Shown here: positions 42,091 to 52,684 of the stretch, one piece after another | Numbering within the stretch: position 1 is the stretch's first letter | Layout: every line of letters starts with the position of its first letter | Source of the DNA: a virus | Lineage: Duplodnaviria > Caudoviricetes | Virus record (IMG/VR): IMGVR_UViG_3300027861_000023 | Location: 1-63,275 of that record | Direction: 5' to 3' (one strand) | Length of the DNA stretch: 63,275 bases | Notes under the pieces: generated by a model | Told to the model about the DNA's origin: nothing | The model's input: the letters and a program-made list of their open reading frames with translations, nothing else | Database searches by the model: none | Position numbers and translations under genes: made by a program

Positions 42091-44314
42091 ATTATATATA
42101 AAAATTGTAGACTTAATTCCTAATAATGTTTTAGCTACTAAAAATAAAGCTAAATCTTGGAAATATGGGTTTAATGAAAAATACGATATTGTTGTTATTT
42201 CTAAGTCTGGAAAAATAGGAGATATTATTTCTATTCAAGGATTAAGAATAGCTCTACCTCTTTTAGAAAAAGATATTTATATAAAAAGTAAAGTTTCTTC
42301 TGAACAATACTGGAAGGCTCAAGAAATACCAAAAGCTTTAACTAAAATAAAATCTATATTTCAATGGCATAATACGTCTTCTAGCTTTAAAAATCAATGG
42401 GTTGATTATATAGAAAAACAGTTTGATTACAGGGAAAAAGGTTACTGGTTTAAAAACAATGGCGTTCCAACTTATATAACTGGTTCTCATTGGATGTATA
42501 TTCAGCACACAAAAATAGATGTAGGCCTTCCTGATTTTAGGGAAGCAAATAGAATATTTTTTATTCACTGGGAAGCTTGTAAAGCAGATAAAAGATCTTT
42601 CGGTAATGATTATTTAAAAATTAGAAGATCTGGTTTTTCTTATATGGGAAGTGAAGAATGCGCTAATATTGGAACAATAACTAAAGATGCTAGAATAGGT
42701 ATTCTTTCTAAAACTGGAGCTGATGCTAAAAAAATGTTTACCGATAAGGTAGTTCCTATATCTAATAATTATCCTTTTTTCTTTAAGCCTATACAAGATG
42801 GTATGGATAAGCCTAAAACAGAATTAGCATACAGAGTACCTGCTTCTAAGATTACTAAAAAAAATATGTATGAGGATGAGGTTGATGAGGTTGAGGGTTT
42901 AGATACAACGATTGACTGGAAAAACACAGGAGACAATAGTTATGATGGGGAAAAATTAAAATTGTTAATTCATGATGAAAGTGGAAAGTGGGAAAAACCT
43001 AATAGTATAATAAAAAACTGGGGGATTACTAAAACTTGTTTGCGTTTAGGTAGTAAAATTATTGGCAAATGCATGATGGGATCAACATCAAATGCTTTAG
43101 ATAAAGGAGGTGAAAACTTTAAAAAGCTTTACTATGATTCTGATGTTACTAAGCGTAATTCAAACGGTCAAACAAAAAGCGGATTATATAGTTTGTTTAT
43201 TCCTATGGAATTTAACATGGAGGGGTTTATTGATAGATATGGAATGCCTGTTTTTTACACTCCTGAAAAACCTATAATTGGAATAGATGGGGAAATGATT
43301 ACTCAAGGAGCTATTGATTATTGGCAAAACGAAGTAGATTCTTTGTCTAGTGATCCAGATGCGTTAAATGAATTCTACAGACAATTTCCTAGAACAGAAT
43401 CTCATGCTTTTAGAGATGAAAGTAAACAGTCTTTGTTTAATCTTACTAAAATATATCAGCAAATTGATTATAATGATTCTTTAATGATAAAGCAGCATAT
43501 GACTCAAGGTTCTTTTTCTTGGCATAATGGTGTTAAAGATACAAGGGTTATTTGGACTCCTGATAAAAGAGGAAGATTTTTTGTAACTTGGATACCTGAG
43601 AAATCATTAAGAAATCATGTTGTTATAAAAAACGGAAAAAAATATCCTGGGAACGAACACATTGGATCTTTTGGTTGTGATTCATATGATATTTCAGGTG
43701 TTGTTGTTGGTAAGGGATCTAACGGTTCTTTGCATGGTATGACTAAATTTAATATGGATACAGCTCCAAGCAATGAGTTTTTTTTAGAGTATATTGCTAG
43801 ACCGCAAACAGCAGAGATTTTTTTTGAAGAAGTTTTGATGGCTTGTATATTTTATGGTATGCCTATTTTATGTGAAAACAATAAACCAAGATTATTGTAT
43901 CATTTTAAAAATAGAGGTTATAGATCTTTTAGTATAAACAGACCAGACAAAACATTTAATAAGCTTTCTAAGACAGAAAGAGAGTTGGGTGGAATACCTA
44001 ATTCTAGTGAGGATGTAAAGCAGTCTCATGCTTCTGCTATAGAGTCTTATATAGAAAAACATATTGGTTTAGATTTAGTTGGAAATTATAGAGATCCTGA
44101 TGATATGGGAATAATGTATTTTCAAAAAACATTAGAGGATTGGGCAAAGTTTGATATAAATAATAGAACAAAATTTGATGCCTCTATTAGTTCAGGTTTA
44201 GCTATAATGGCTAATCAAAAACACCTATACACACCAGCTAAAGAAAAATCAAAAATAAGCATTAACTTTGCTAGATATAACAATAAAAATTCTATTAGTC
44301 AATTACTTAAATAA
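42068..44314 (+). CDS. terL: Terminase large subunit
   Basis: KIRRSGFS (variant Walker A), LIHDESGK (Walker B), GSTSN, GCDSYD (RNase H-like), CENNK and FD...SSG motifs. Confidence 0.9.
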   Translation: MLNQDQHKLYIKIVDLIPNNVLATKNKAKSWKYGFNEKYDIVVISKSGKIGDIISIQGLRIALPLLEKDIYIKSKVSSEQYWKAQEIPKALTKIKSIFQWHNTSSSFKNQWVDYIEKQFDYREKGYWFKNNGVPTYITGSHWMYIQHTKIDVGLPDFREANRIFFIHWEACKADKRSFGNDYLKIRRSGFSYMGSEECANIGTITKDARIGILSKTGADAKKMFTDKVVPISNNYPFFFKPIQDGMDKPKTELAYRVPASKITKKNMYEDEVDEVEGLDTTIDWKNTGDNSYDGEKLKLLIHDESGKWEKPNSIIKNWGITKTCLRLGSKIIGKCMMGSTSNALDKGGENFKKLYYDSDVTKRNSNGQTKSGLYSLFIPMEFNMEGFIDRYGMPVFYTPEKPIIGIDGEMITQGAIDYWQNEVDSLSSDPDALNEFYRQFPRTESHAFRDESKQSLFNLTKIYQQIDYNDSLMIKQHMTQGSFSWHNGVKDTRVIWTPDKRGRFFVTWIPEKSLRNHVVIKNGKKYPGNEHIGSFGCDSYDISGVVVGKGSNGSLHGMTKFNMDTAPSNEFFLEYIARPQTAEIFFEEVLMACIFYGMPILCENNKPRLLYHFKNRGYRSFSINRPDKTFNKLSKTERELGGIPNSSEDVKQSHASAIESYIEKHIGLDLVGNYRDPDDMGIMYFQKTLEDWAKFDINNRTKFDASISSGLAIMANQKHLYTPAKEKSKISINFARYNNKNSISQLLK

Positions 44315-46750
44315 ATGAAAGACGTAAAAATACAAGTTAACTCAGCTGCGTTTCCAGATCAATTTGCTTCTGATTCGGTAAAAGACACTATGGAGTATGG
44401 GTTGCAAATAGGACAGGCAATACAGTATGAATGGTTTAGAAGAGATGGAGGATCTTGTAGGTTTTATTCTCAATGGGCAGAGTTTAATAAATTGAGATTG
44501 TATGCTCGTGGAGAGCAGTCTATTGCAAAATACAAAAACGAAATTTCTGTTGATGGAGATTTATCTTATTTAAATTTAGATTGGACACCTGTTCCTATTA
44601 TTCCTAAATTTGTAGATATTGTTGTAAACGGTATGAATGATAGGCTTTTTAAAATAAAAGCTACTGCTCAAGATGCTATGTCTGCCGAAAAGAGAAATCA
44701 GTTTCAAGAAATGATTCAAAGCGATATGATTGCAAAACCTTTGTTGCAACAGATAAATACTGACTTTGGAGTTGATGCTTTTCAAACAAGCGAAGATGAG
44801 TTGCCTGAAAATGATCAGGAGTTAGAGCTTTTTATGCAAATGAATTACAAGCCAGCTATTGAGATAGCTGAAGAAACTGCTATTGATACGATATTTTCTG
44901 CTAATCACTATAACGAAAGTAGAAAAAGAATTGATCTTGATATTACTACTTTAGGGATTGGTATTGGTAAACATATGTTTCTTCCTGGAGATGGTGTGAG
45001 GGTTGAGTATTGTGATCCAGCAAATATCGTTTACAGTTATACTGAAGATCCTTATTTTAAGGACACTTTTTATTGGGGTGAAATAAAAACAGTTCCAATT
45101 ACAGAACTTATAAAAATTGATCCTACACTTACTAATGATGATTTAAGTGAGATTTCTAAATATAGCCAATCATGGTATGACTATTATGATGGCGCGGCAG
45201 CATACAACAACAGTATGTTTTCTAGAGATACCGCTACTTTGCTTTATTTTAATTACAAAACTACTCATTCTTTTGTTTACAAGAAAAAGAAAATGTCTGA
45301 TGGAACATTTAAAGTAGTTCAAAAAGACGATCAATTTAATCCACCACAGGAAATGATGGATGAAGGAGATTTTGAGAAAGTGACTAAAAAAATTGATGTT
45401 TGGTATGATGGTGTGATGGTTATGGGTACTAATATTATGCTTCAGTGGAAGCTAGGAGAAAATATGGTAAGACCAAAATCTTCTAGTCAATATGCATACT
45501 CTAACTATGTAGCTTGTGCGCCTAAAATGTACAAAGGATCTCTAGAGTCTTTAGTTAGAAGGATGATTCCATTTGCAGATTTAATCCAAATGACTCATTT
45601 AAAAATACAACAAGTTGTTTCTCGTGTTGTACCTGATGGTGTTTTTATAGATGCAGATGGATTAAATGAGGTTGATCTTGGAACAGGTAACGCCTATAAT
45701 CCTGAAGATGCTTTAAGGCTATACTTTCAAACAGGTAGTGTTATTGGTAGAAGTTATACTGGAGATGGAGAGTATAATAACGCAAGAGTTCCTATTCAGC
45801 AATTAACATCAAATAGTGGCGCTAGTAAGATGCAAATGCTTATTACTAACTACAATCATTATTTAGATATGATAAGGTCTGTAACAGGCTTAAATGAAGC
45901 GAGAGATGGATCTAGTCCTGATCCTAATTCTTTAGTAGGTGTTCAAAAATTAGCAGCTTTAAATTCTAATGTAGCTACTAGGCATATTTTAAATGCAAGT
46001 TTATACATAACAAAAACTTTAGCTGAATGTTTGTCGATTAGAACAGCAGATGTTTTAGAGTACGCAGACTTTAAAGATGAATTTGCTATGCAGATTGGTA
46101 AGTATAACTTAGGAATACTTGAAGATATTAAAAATCTATACTTGCATGACTTTGGTATTTTTATAGAAATGGCTCCAGATGAAGAAGAGAAAGCTATGTT
46201 AGAGCAAAATATTCAAATGGCATTATCTAAAATGGATATAAATCTTGAAGATGCTATTGATATTAGAGAACTTGCTAATATAAAAATGGCAAATCAATTG
46301 CTAAAAGTTAAGCGTAAGGCTAAACAAGAAATGGAGCAACAGCAAAAAGCTCAAGAACAGCAAATGGCTTCTCAGATGCAAATGCAGGCGCAGAAAGCCG
46401 CTGCTCAATTAGCGCAACAAACAGCTCAAGCTGAAATGCAATCTAAAATTGCTGTTAAAGAAGCTGAAACATCTTTTGATATTCAAAAACTCCAAACAGA
46501 GGCTGAATTAAAAAAACAATTAATGCAGGTTGAATTTGATATGCAAATGCAATTAAAAGGTGTTGAACAAGAAAATATATTATCTAGAGAGGATAACAGA
46601 GAGAAAGCTAAAAAAGAAAGGATTAATCAGCAATCAACAAATACTTCTAAAATAGCAGAGCAAAAGAAAAGAAATTTAACTTCAATAAACTTTGAATCTA
46701 ATGAAGATAGTTTAGATGGATTTGATTTTGCAGAATTTAATCCAAGATAA
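44315..46750 (+). CDS. Portal protein
   Basis: Follows terL; 811 aa; IIPKFVD and VTGLNEAR.G motifs; Gln-rich coiled-coil barrel. Confidence 0.85.
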   Translation: MKDVKIQVNSAAFPDQFASDSVKDTMEYGLQIGQAIQYEWFRRDGGSCRFYSQWAEFNKLRLYARGEQSIAKYKNEISVDGDLSYLNLDWTPVPIIPKFVDIVVNGMNDRLFKIKATAQDAMSAEKRNQFQEMIQSDMIAKPLLQQINTDFGVDAFQTSEDELPENDQELELFMQMNYKPAIEIAEETAIDTIFSANHYNESRKRIDLDITTLGIGIGKHMFLPGDGVRVEYCDPANIVYSYTEDPYFKDTFYWGEIKTVPITELIKIDPTLTNDDLSEISKYSQSWYDYYDGAAAYNNSMFSRDTATLLYFNYKTTHSFVYKKKKMSDGTFKVVQKDDQFNPPQEMMDEGDFEKVTKKIDVWYDGVMVMGTNIMLQWKLGENMVRPKSSSQYAYSNYVACAPKMYKGSLESLVRRMIPFADLIQMTHLKIQQVVSRVVPDGVFIDADGLNEVDLGTGNAYNPEDALRLYFQTGSVIGRSYTGDGEYNNARVPIQQLTSNSGASKMQMLITNYNHYLDMIRSVTGLNEARDGSSPDPNSLVGVQKLAALNSNVATRHILNASLYITKTLAECLSIRTADVLEYADFKDEFAMQIGKYNLGILEDIKNLYLHDFGIFIEMAPDEEEKAMLEQNIQMALSKMDINLEDAIDIRELANIKMANQLLKVKRKAKQEMEQQQKAQEQQMASQMQMQAQKAAAQLAQQTAQAEMQSKIAVKEAETSFDIQKLQTEAELKKQLMQVEFDMQMQLKGVEQENILSREDNREKAKKERINQQSTNTSKIAEQKKRNLTSINFESNEDSLDGFDFAEFNPR

Positions 46751-46803
46751 TTAGCTTAAATATATAATTAAATTAATACTAACTTTGTAAAAAATTAAAT
46801 CAA

Positions 46804-47949
46804 ATGAGTTTTGAAGTAAAATCAGTTGACGTAAATGTCGAAGAAAAATCAAGAGCGCAAGTTGAAGAGACTCTTTTAAAAAAACACGAAGAGCAATTTG
46901 AAAATACAGCAGATAAACCTGTTGATGATGGAATTGATCGTGTAAATTTTAGTAGTCAGGAAACCCAAAAAATAAAAGTAGAAGATACCCCTGTTGAAGA
47001 AACAGAGGTAAAATTAGAAGAAAATGACGTTCTTTTATATATTAAGAATAGATATGACAAGGATATAAATTCTGTTGATGAATTATTTGCGGAAAAAGAG
47101 GCAAATAAAGATTTACCAGAAGACGTATCTAAGTATTTAAAGTATAAGCAGGATACTGGTCGTGGCATTAATGACTTCATAAAGTTACAAGAAGACATTG
47201 ATGAAATGGAGGATAATGCTATACTTACTAGCTATTATGAATCTACCGAAGAAGGGTTGGATCATCAAGATATCCAGGACATTATCGATGATAAATTTTT
47301 ATATGATGAAGATTTAGATGATGAAAAAGATATTAGAAAAGCAAAATTAGCTAAAAAACGAGAGCTTGTAAAAGCTAAATCTTTTTTGAATGAGCAAAAA
47401 GATAAGTATAAAGTTCCTCTTGAGTCAAGTGGGGATGGATTATCTAAAGATCAACAAGAAAGTTATAATGCTTACAAGAAATCAGTCGAGGACTCTAAAA
47501 GTGTTGCGGAGCAAAACAAAAAGAAGTATGAATATTTTTTAAATAAAACCGAGTCGGTTTTTAACAATGATTTCAAAGGTTTTGAATTTTCAGTTGGTGA
47601 TAAAAATATTTCTTTTAAACCAGGAGATGCACAAGAATTAAAAAATCGTCAAGCAGATGTCAATAATTTTATTGGCCAATTTATGGGAGATGATGGTTTA
47701 ATATCCGATGCTGAGGGATATCATAAAGCACTAGCGGTGGCTATGAATCCTGATAAGTTTGCTAAACATTTTTACGAACAAGGTGTGGCTGCAACTATAG
47801 ATAATGTTTCTAGAAAATCTAAGAACATAAATATGGATGTAAGACAGCAATCACAATCAGTTTCTAAAAATGGAATAACAATTAGACCTGTTAGCAGAAG
47901 TAACGATAATGGAAAGGGACTCAAAATTAGAAGTATTAAAAAACAATAA
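46804..47949 (+). CDS. Capsid scaffolding protein (putative)
   Basis: Acidic helical ORF between portal and major capsid protein. Confidence 0.7.
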   Translation: MSFEVKSVDVNVEEKSRAQVEETLLKKHEEQFENTADKPVDDGIDRVNFSSQETQKIKVEDTPVEETEVKLEENDVLLYIKNRYDKDINSVDELFAEKEANKDLPEDVSKYLKYKQDTGRGINDFIKLQEDIDEMEDNAILTSYYESTEEGLDHQDIQDIIDDKFLYDEDLDDEKDIRKAKLAKKRELVKAKSFLNEQKDKYKVPLESSGDGLSKDQQESYNAYKKSVEDSKSVAEQNKKKYEYFLNKTESVFNNDFKGFEFSVGDKNISFKPGDAQELKNRQADVNNFIGQFMGDDGLISDAEGYHKALAVAMNPDKFAKHFYEQGVAATIDNVSRKSKNINMDVRQQSQSVSKNGITIRPVSRSNDNGKGLKIRSIKKQ

Positions 47950-47960
47950 ATTTTTAAATT

Positions 47961-49421
47961 ATGGCAGTAAATGCAACACCAGGATTTGACTTGCAGCCAA
48001 GTGCGCAACAAACTCCTTTATCAACAAATTATATAAATAACTTTGATTTCTTGAATCAATATCTTCCAGATGTTTATGAGAAAGAATTCGAACGTTATGG
48101 AAACCGATCAGTAGCATCATTCTTGAGAATGGTAGGCGCTGAAATGCCTTCTAACTCTGACCTTATTAAATGGGCAGAACAAGGAAGACTACACACAAAG
48201 TACCAGGCAGTAACTTCAGCAGGAGCCGCTGGAGTTGACAATGCTGTTTGGACTATTCCTAACAACATCCAAAACTTTAACCCAGCATTAGGCGGAACAT
48301 CTAACCAGGCAGCTTTTAGAGCAGGTCAAACAGTTATGATTTCTGACAATACAGTTGGTTCTGCTTTACAGAATAAAGGGATTATTACAGTAGCTCCTAC
48401 GGCTGCTAATCCAAATCAAGTAACAATTGCATATTACGAAGCAGGTGGTCAGACTATGGCTGCTGGTGTTTCTTGTGATATCTTTATCTACGGTTCTGAA
48501 TTTGCTAAAGGTGTAGAAGGAATGCAAGGTTCTTTAGAATCTGACGATTACTTTTTTCAAAACAAGCCAATTATAATCAAAGACAAATATGCTGTTTCTG
48601 GTTCTGATATGGCTCAAATTGGATGGGTAGAAGTTACATCTGAAAATGGCGCAAGCGGATACTTATGGTATATGAAATCTGAGCATGATACAAGACTTCG
48701 TTTTGAAGATTATTTAGAGACAGCAATGATTGAAGCAGTACCAGCAGCAGCAGGTTCTGGAGCAGGAGATTATCTTCAAGGTGTAGGTGCAGGATTAAGT
48801 GCAGCTGATTCTTCTGGATCAGAAGGTATTTTCTATGTAGTTGGAAACAGAGGTAATGTTTTTGGCGGTGGAAATCCAACAACTCTAGCTCAATTTGATA
48901 ACATCATTCAAAGACTTGATAAGCAAGGATCTATTGAAGAAAACGTTATTTTTGTAGACAGACAATTTTCATTTGACATTGACGATATGTTAGCAGCACA
49001 AAACTCTTACGGAGCTGGTGGTACTTCATATGGTTTATTTGACAATGACAAGGACATGGCTCTAAATTTAGGTTTCACAGGATTCCGTAGAGGTTACGAT
49101 TTTTACAAGTCTGACTGGAAATACTTAAACGATCCTACTATGAGAGGTGGTATAAACGCAGGTGCAGTAAACGGACTTTTAGTTCCAGCTGGATCTACAA
49201 CTGTTTATGATCAAATCTTAGGTAAAAACGCTAAGAGACCATTCTTACACGTTAGATATAGAGCTTCAGAAACTGAAGACAGACGTTATAAGTCTTGGAT
49301 CACTGGTTCTGCTGGTGGAGCAAAAACTTCTGACTTGGATGCAATGGAGGTAAACTTCTTGTCTGAAAGAGCTGTATGTACTTTAGGTGCAAACAACTTC
49401 TTCTTATTCCAAAAAGCGTAA
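47961..49421 (+). CDS. Major capsid protein
   Basis: 486 aa; biased codons; follows the scaffold gene; IKWAEQGRLH motif; strong terminator downstream. Confidence 0.85.
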   Translation: MAVNATPGFDLQPSAQQTPLSTNYINNFDFLNQYLPDVYEKEFERYGNRSVASFLRMVGAEMPSNSDLIKWAEQGRLHTKYQAVTSAGAAGVDNAVWTIPNNIQNFNPALGGTSNQAAFRAGQTVMISDNTVGSALQNKGIITVAPTAANPNQVTIAYYEAGGQTMAAGVSCDIFIYGSEFAKGVEGMQGSLESDDYFFQNKPIIIKDKYAVSGSDMAQIGWVEVTSENGASGYLWYMKSEHDTRLRFEDYLETAMIEAVPAAAGSGAGDYLQGVGAGLSAADSSGSEGIFYVVGNRGNVFGGGNPTTLAQFDNIIQRLDKQGSIEENVIFVDRQFSFDIDDMLAAQNSYGAGGTSYGLFDNDKDMALNLGFTGFRRGYDFYKSDWKYLNDPTMRGGINAGAVNGLLVPAGSTTVYDQILGKNAKRPFLHVRYRASETEDRRYKSWITGSAGGAKTSDLDAMEVNFLSERAVCTLGANNFFLFQKA

Positions 49422-49434
49422 GTAGTTATTATTA

Positions 49435-49489
49435 AAAGAGGGTGAACGGTATGCAGGCAAATGTTCCCTTAGTAACCCTCTTTTTTTTT
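49435..49489 (+). terminator. Terminator with an extended internal structure after the capsid gene
   Basis: AAAAGAGGGT...ACCCTCTTTTTTTTT with inner GAAC/GTTC pairing. Confidence 0.7.
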
Positions 49490-49516
49490 ATATAAATCAA
49501 ATCAAATTATATTATT

Positions 49517-50272
49517 ATGAATAAAAAGAAACCAGAATTTAAGGCGAAAGCCTATCGTCTAACAGGAAACAAAGCGCCTTTGTCTTATATGTTATCCTCT
49601 AGACATTCAACAAGATCTCCTTTATTATATTTTGACGAAAAAGAAGGTACTAACAGACCTTTACGTTATTCAAGAAATCAAAAATCTCCTTTTGAAGATG
49701 AGCAAGATGGTAATGCTATTTTAGAACCTATTGTTTTTGAAGATGGAATGTTAACGGTTCCTAAAGAAAATCAAGTGTTACAAAAATTTCTTCATTTACA
49801 TCCTAGTAATGGTAATGTGTTTCAAGAAATAAATAAAGAGCGAGATGCTAGTGCGGAACTAGAAGTTGTTGAAATGGAAATTGAAGCTCAAATAGAAGCT
49901 AAAAAAATTACAGCAGACATTAAAAAACTAACTCAAGTTTGTCGTGTATTAATGGGTAATGGAGTTGAAAACATGACATCTCCTGAACTTAAAAGAGATT
50001 TACTTGTGTATGCTAAACATAACCCAGAAGATTTCTTAGACACAATTAATGATCCTATGCTAGAACTTATGGATGATGTTCATCAGTTCTTTAATGCTAC
50101 ACTTTTAACTTTTAGAAATAACGGTAAAGATGTTTACTATAATCTTCCTAATAATAAAAAGAAAATGATGACTGTTCCCTTTGGAGAGGATCCTCATTTT
50201 ATTGTAGGATCTTTTATGCAAAGTGATGAGGGATTAGAAGTTTATAAGCTTCTTAAAAATAAAATAAAATAA
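49517..50272 (+). CDS. Hypothetical (head-associated) protein
   Basis: ORF directly after the capsid gene. Confidence 0.7.
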   Translation: MNKKKPEFKAKAYRLTGNKAPLSYMLSSRHSTRSPLLYFDEKEGTNRPLRYSRNQKSPFEDEQDGNAILEPIVFEDGMLTVPKENQVLQKFLHLHPSNGNVFQEINKERDASAELEVVEMEIEAQIEAKKITADIKKLTQVCRVLMGNGVENMTSPELKRDLLVYAKHNPEDFLDTINDPMLELMDDVHQFFNATLLTFRNNGKDVYYNLPNNKKKMMTVPFGEDPHFIVGSFMQSDEGLEVYKLLKNKIK

Positions 50273-50336
50273 AACTTTAAGTAAACAATATTGTTTACTT
50301 TTTTAAGTACAATTTTATGTAATAGAATTGAAAATT

Positions 50337-50364
50337 AGCCGCCTTAAAAGGGTGGCTTTTTTTT
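50337..50364 (+). terminator. Intrinsic terminator
   Basis: AGCCGCCTT-AA-AAGGGTGGCT followed by a T run. Confidence 0.75.
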
Positions 50365-50407
50365 ATTATCTTTGTTTTTTATTAACCCATTAAAAACTTT
50401 TTATAAA

Positions 50408-50686
50408 ATGGTAAAATTTCTTAAAATTACGAATGCTCCTATTACTGGTCAATTGATTAGTCTTGATGGAGTAAAAGCAGTTGCTACAGCAACAGCAACA
50501 GCAGTGGCAGTTACAATCGATTATGTTGATGGAACTACTACAACGGTAACAACAGATGCTCAAGTAGCTCACGATGTTTACGACTCTATATTAAACAATA
50601 TGGAAGTAGCTTTAGCTACATCTTGGCAGAAGCCTTATTTTGAAGTGTCACTTCCAAAAGCAGTAACAAGTATAGTTAATGCATAA
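50408..50686 (+). CDS. Small structural / capsid decoration candidate
   Basis: Ala/Thr/Val-rich, with its own promoter (50367) and terminator (50708); start ATG 50408. Confidence 0.6.
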   Translation: MVKFLKITNAPITGQLISLDGVKAVATATATAVAVTIDYVDGTTTTVTTDAQVAHDVYDSILNNMEVALATSWQKPYFEVSLPKAVTSIVNA

Positions 50687-50707
50687 CGCATTTAGTTAAA
50701 CTATTAA

Positions 50708-50744
50708 AGAGAGGTTCTAAAAAAATAGAGCCTCTTTTTTTTTT
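50708..50744 (+). terminator. Intrinsic terminator
   Basis: AGAGGTTCTA-AAAAAA-TAGAGCCTCT followed by a T run. Confidence 0.8.
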
Positions 50745-50769
50745 GCTATCTTTGTGAAAAGAATTAATT

Positions 50770-51759
50770 ATGCCAATAAATGATGTAAGAAATACGGTAT
50801 TAGCGATAGCTAATAAAAACAACTATGGATATATTTCTCCGCAAGATTTTAATTTGTATGCACAACAATCTCAAATGGATATATTTGAAGATTACTTTTA
50901 TCAATACAACGCTCAGCTTACTAAAGAGAATCAGCGTATGTCAGGTACTGGATATGCAGATATTACAAAAGGATTAATTGAGGTAATTGATTATTTTTCT
51001 GTAACAAGACCTTTGTCTTTAAGTACAACTCCTCCAACTTTAAGTAATGTCTATTATTTGCCTTCACAAGCAACTACTGGTAGTGATTATTATTTAATGA
51101 ATAAAGTTTTAGTTTACACTACATTATTAGCTTCAGGGAAAACTACAGGTACTTCAGGTGGTAATAATGCGATAATAGATGCTAACGCTACGTTTATAAC
51201 AAGCGGTGTAAAAGTAGGTAGTACAGTATCTTTAGTAAAAAACGGCATAACTCAATACGTTACTGTTACACAAGTTCAAAGTGAAAACAAATTAGTTACA
51301 ACTGACAGCATCAACAGCACTGTTGTATGGGATGCACTTCTTATTTCTTATAATATTTATAATTCAAGTGGAATTCAAGAAGCAGAAAAGGTTACTCATA
51401 GTAAAATAACTATGTTAAATAATTCTACACTTACAGCTCCATCAATAGGTTACCCTGCTTATTTAGAAGAAGGTTTAATATTGACCGCTTTTCCAGATAG
51501 CATAAATAATATGGGTAGAGTTTTTTCTCAGTATATTAGATACCCTTATACTCCAAAATGGACTTATGTTTCAATAACTTTAGGAGAGCCTATGTTTGAT
51601 GCCAGTCAAGCTGATTACCAAGATTTTGAACTACCATTATCAGACGAACCTGCTTTAATAGCTAAAATATGTAAATATGTAGGTTTAGAAATTAGAGAAG
51701 CCGATGTATATGCATTTGGAACAGAGGCATTAGCAAACGAACAACAAACACAAGCATAG
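50770..51759 (+). CDS. Tail ring / head-tail adaptor protein
   Basis: GYISPQDFNL.A..Q N-terminus and YIRYP..PKW...ELP C-terminus, as in crAss-like ring proteins. Confidence 0.65.
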   Translation: MPINDVRNTVLAIANKNNYGYISPQDFNLYAQQSQMDIFEDYFYQYNAQLTKENQRMSGTGYADITKGLIEVIDYFSVTRPLSLSTTPPTLSNVYYLPSQATTGSDYYLMNKVLVYTTLLASGKTTGTSGGNNAIIDANATFITSGVKVGSTVSLVKNGITQYVTVTQVQSENKLVTTDSINSTVVWDALLISYNIYNSSGIQEAEKVTHSKITMLNNSTLTAPSIGYPAYLEEGLILTAFPDSINNMGRVFSQYIRYPYTPKWTYVSITLGEPMFDASQADYQDFELPLSDEPALIAKICKYVGLEIREADVYAFGTEALANEQQTQA

Positions 51760-52683
51760 ATGGGATATATAAATGATTACGCATATTATCAAAATTCAGG
51801 AAATAATCCTAGCGATGAAAACTGGGGATCATATCAGTACGTTTCTCTGTTTGATATAGTTAATAATTTTATGTTAATGTATCAAGGAAACCATGCTTTA
51901 ATAAACAATATTGAAAGATATCAAATTTTATTTCATGCCAAAAGAGGGATTCAAGAATTAAATTATGATGCAATGAAGGAAATAAAAATCCTTCAATTAG
52001 ATGTTACATTGGATTTAAGGTTTATACTTCCTCAAGACTATGTTAATTGGGTGAGAGTTTCTGTTCACAAAAACGGAGTATTAATGCCATTGACAGAAAA
52101 TATTCAAACTAATTGGTCTGGAGCTTATCTTCAAGATCATGATTCTAATATTTTATTTGATCAAGATGGAAATGTATTACGACCTCAACAATCAGAAGTT
52201 GATTTAGAGCGAATGATGCGTGGAGGAAAAAGTATTTACCTAAATGAAGGAAACGCTTATAACGGTGCTGAAGGCTATTGCTATGATGGTAGGTGGTATT
52301 TTGATTATGCTGTTGGTAGTCGTTTTGGTTTAAATACAGAAACAGCTAACTCAAATCCTACATTTACAATTGATAAACAATCAGGAGTAATTAATTTTAG
52401 TAATATTTCTAACGCAGCTTCTGTTGTTTTAGAGTATGTATCTGATGGTATGGAAAACGGAGTAGATGGAAATGTTCAAGTTAATAAATTGTTTGAAGAG
52501 TATATTTATGCTTACATTAAATATTCTATATTAAACGGAAGGCTTGGTGTACAAGAATACGTTGTGTCTAGAGCAAGAAAAGATAAGTCATCTTTATTGA
52601 GAAATGCTAAAATTAGATTAAGTAATATTCACCCTGGAAGACTCTTAATGAATATGAGAGGTAAGGACAAATGGTTAAAATAA
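51760..52683 (+). CDS. Tail ring / tubular protein
   Basis: LPQDYVNWVRV and LEYVSDG motifs; lies before the muzzle gene. Confidence 0.65.
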   Translation: MGYINDYAYYQNSGNNPSDENWGSYQYVSLFDIVNNFMLMYQGNHALINNIERYQILFHAKRGIQELNYDAMKEIKILQLDVTLDLRFILPQDYVNWVRVSVHKNGVLMPLTENIQTNWSGAYLQDHDSNILFDQDGNVLRPQQSEVDLERMMRGGKSIYLNEGNAYNGAEGYCYDGRWYFDYAVGSRFGLNTETANSNPTFTIDKQSGVINFSNISNAASVVLEYVSDGMENGVDGNVQVNKLFEEYIYAYIKYSILNGRLGVQEYVVSRARKDKSSLLRNAKIRLSNIHPGRLLMNMRGKDKWLK

Positions 52684-52684
52684 T

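Noticed and set aside
49405-49421. Programmed frameshift extension of the major capsid protein at CAAAAAG
   Set aside because: Not an in-frame X XXY YYZ heptamer, and a terminator follows with no long alternative frame.
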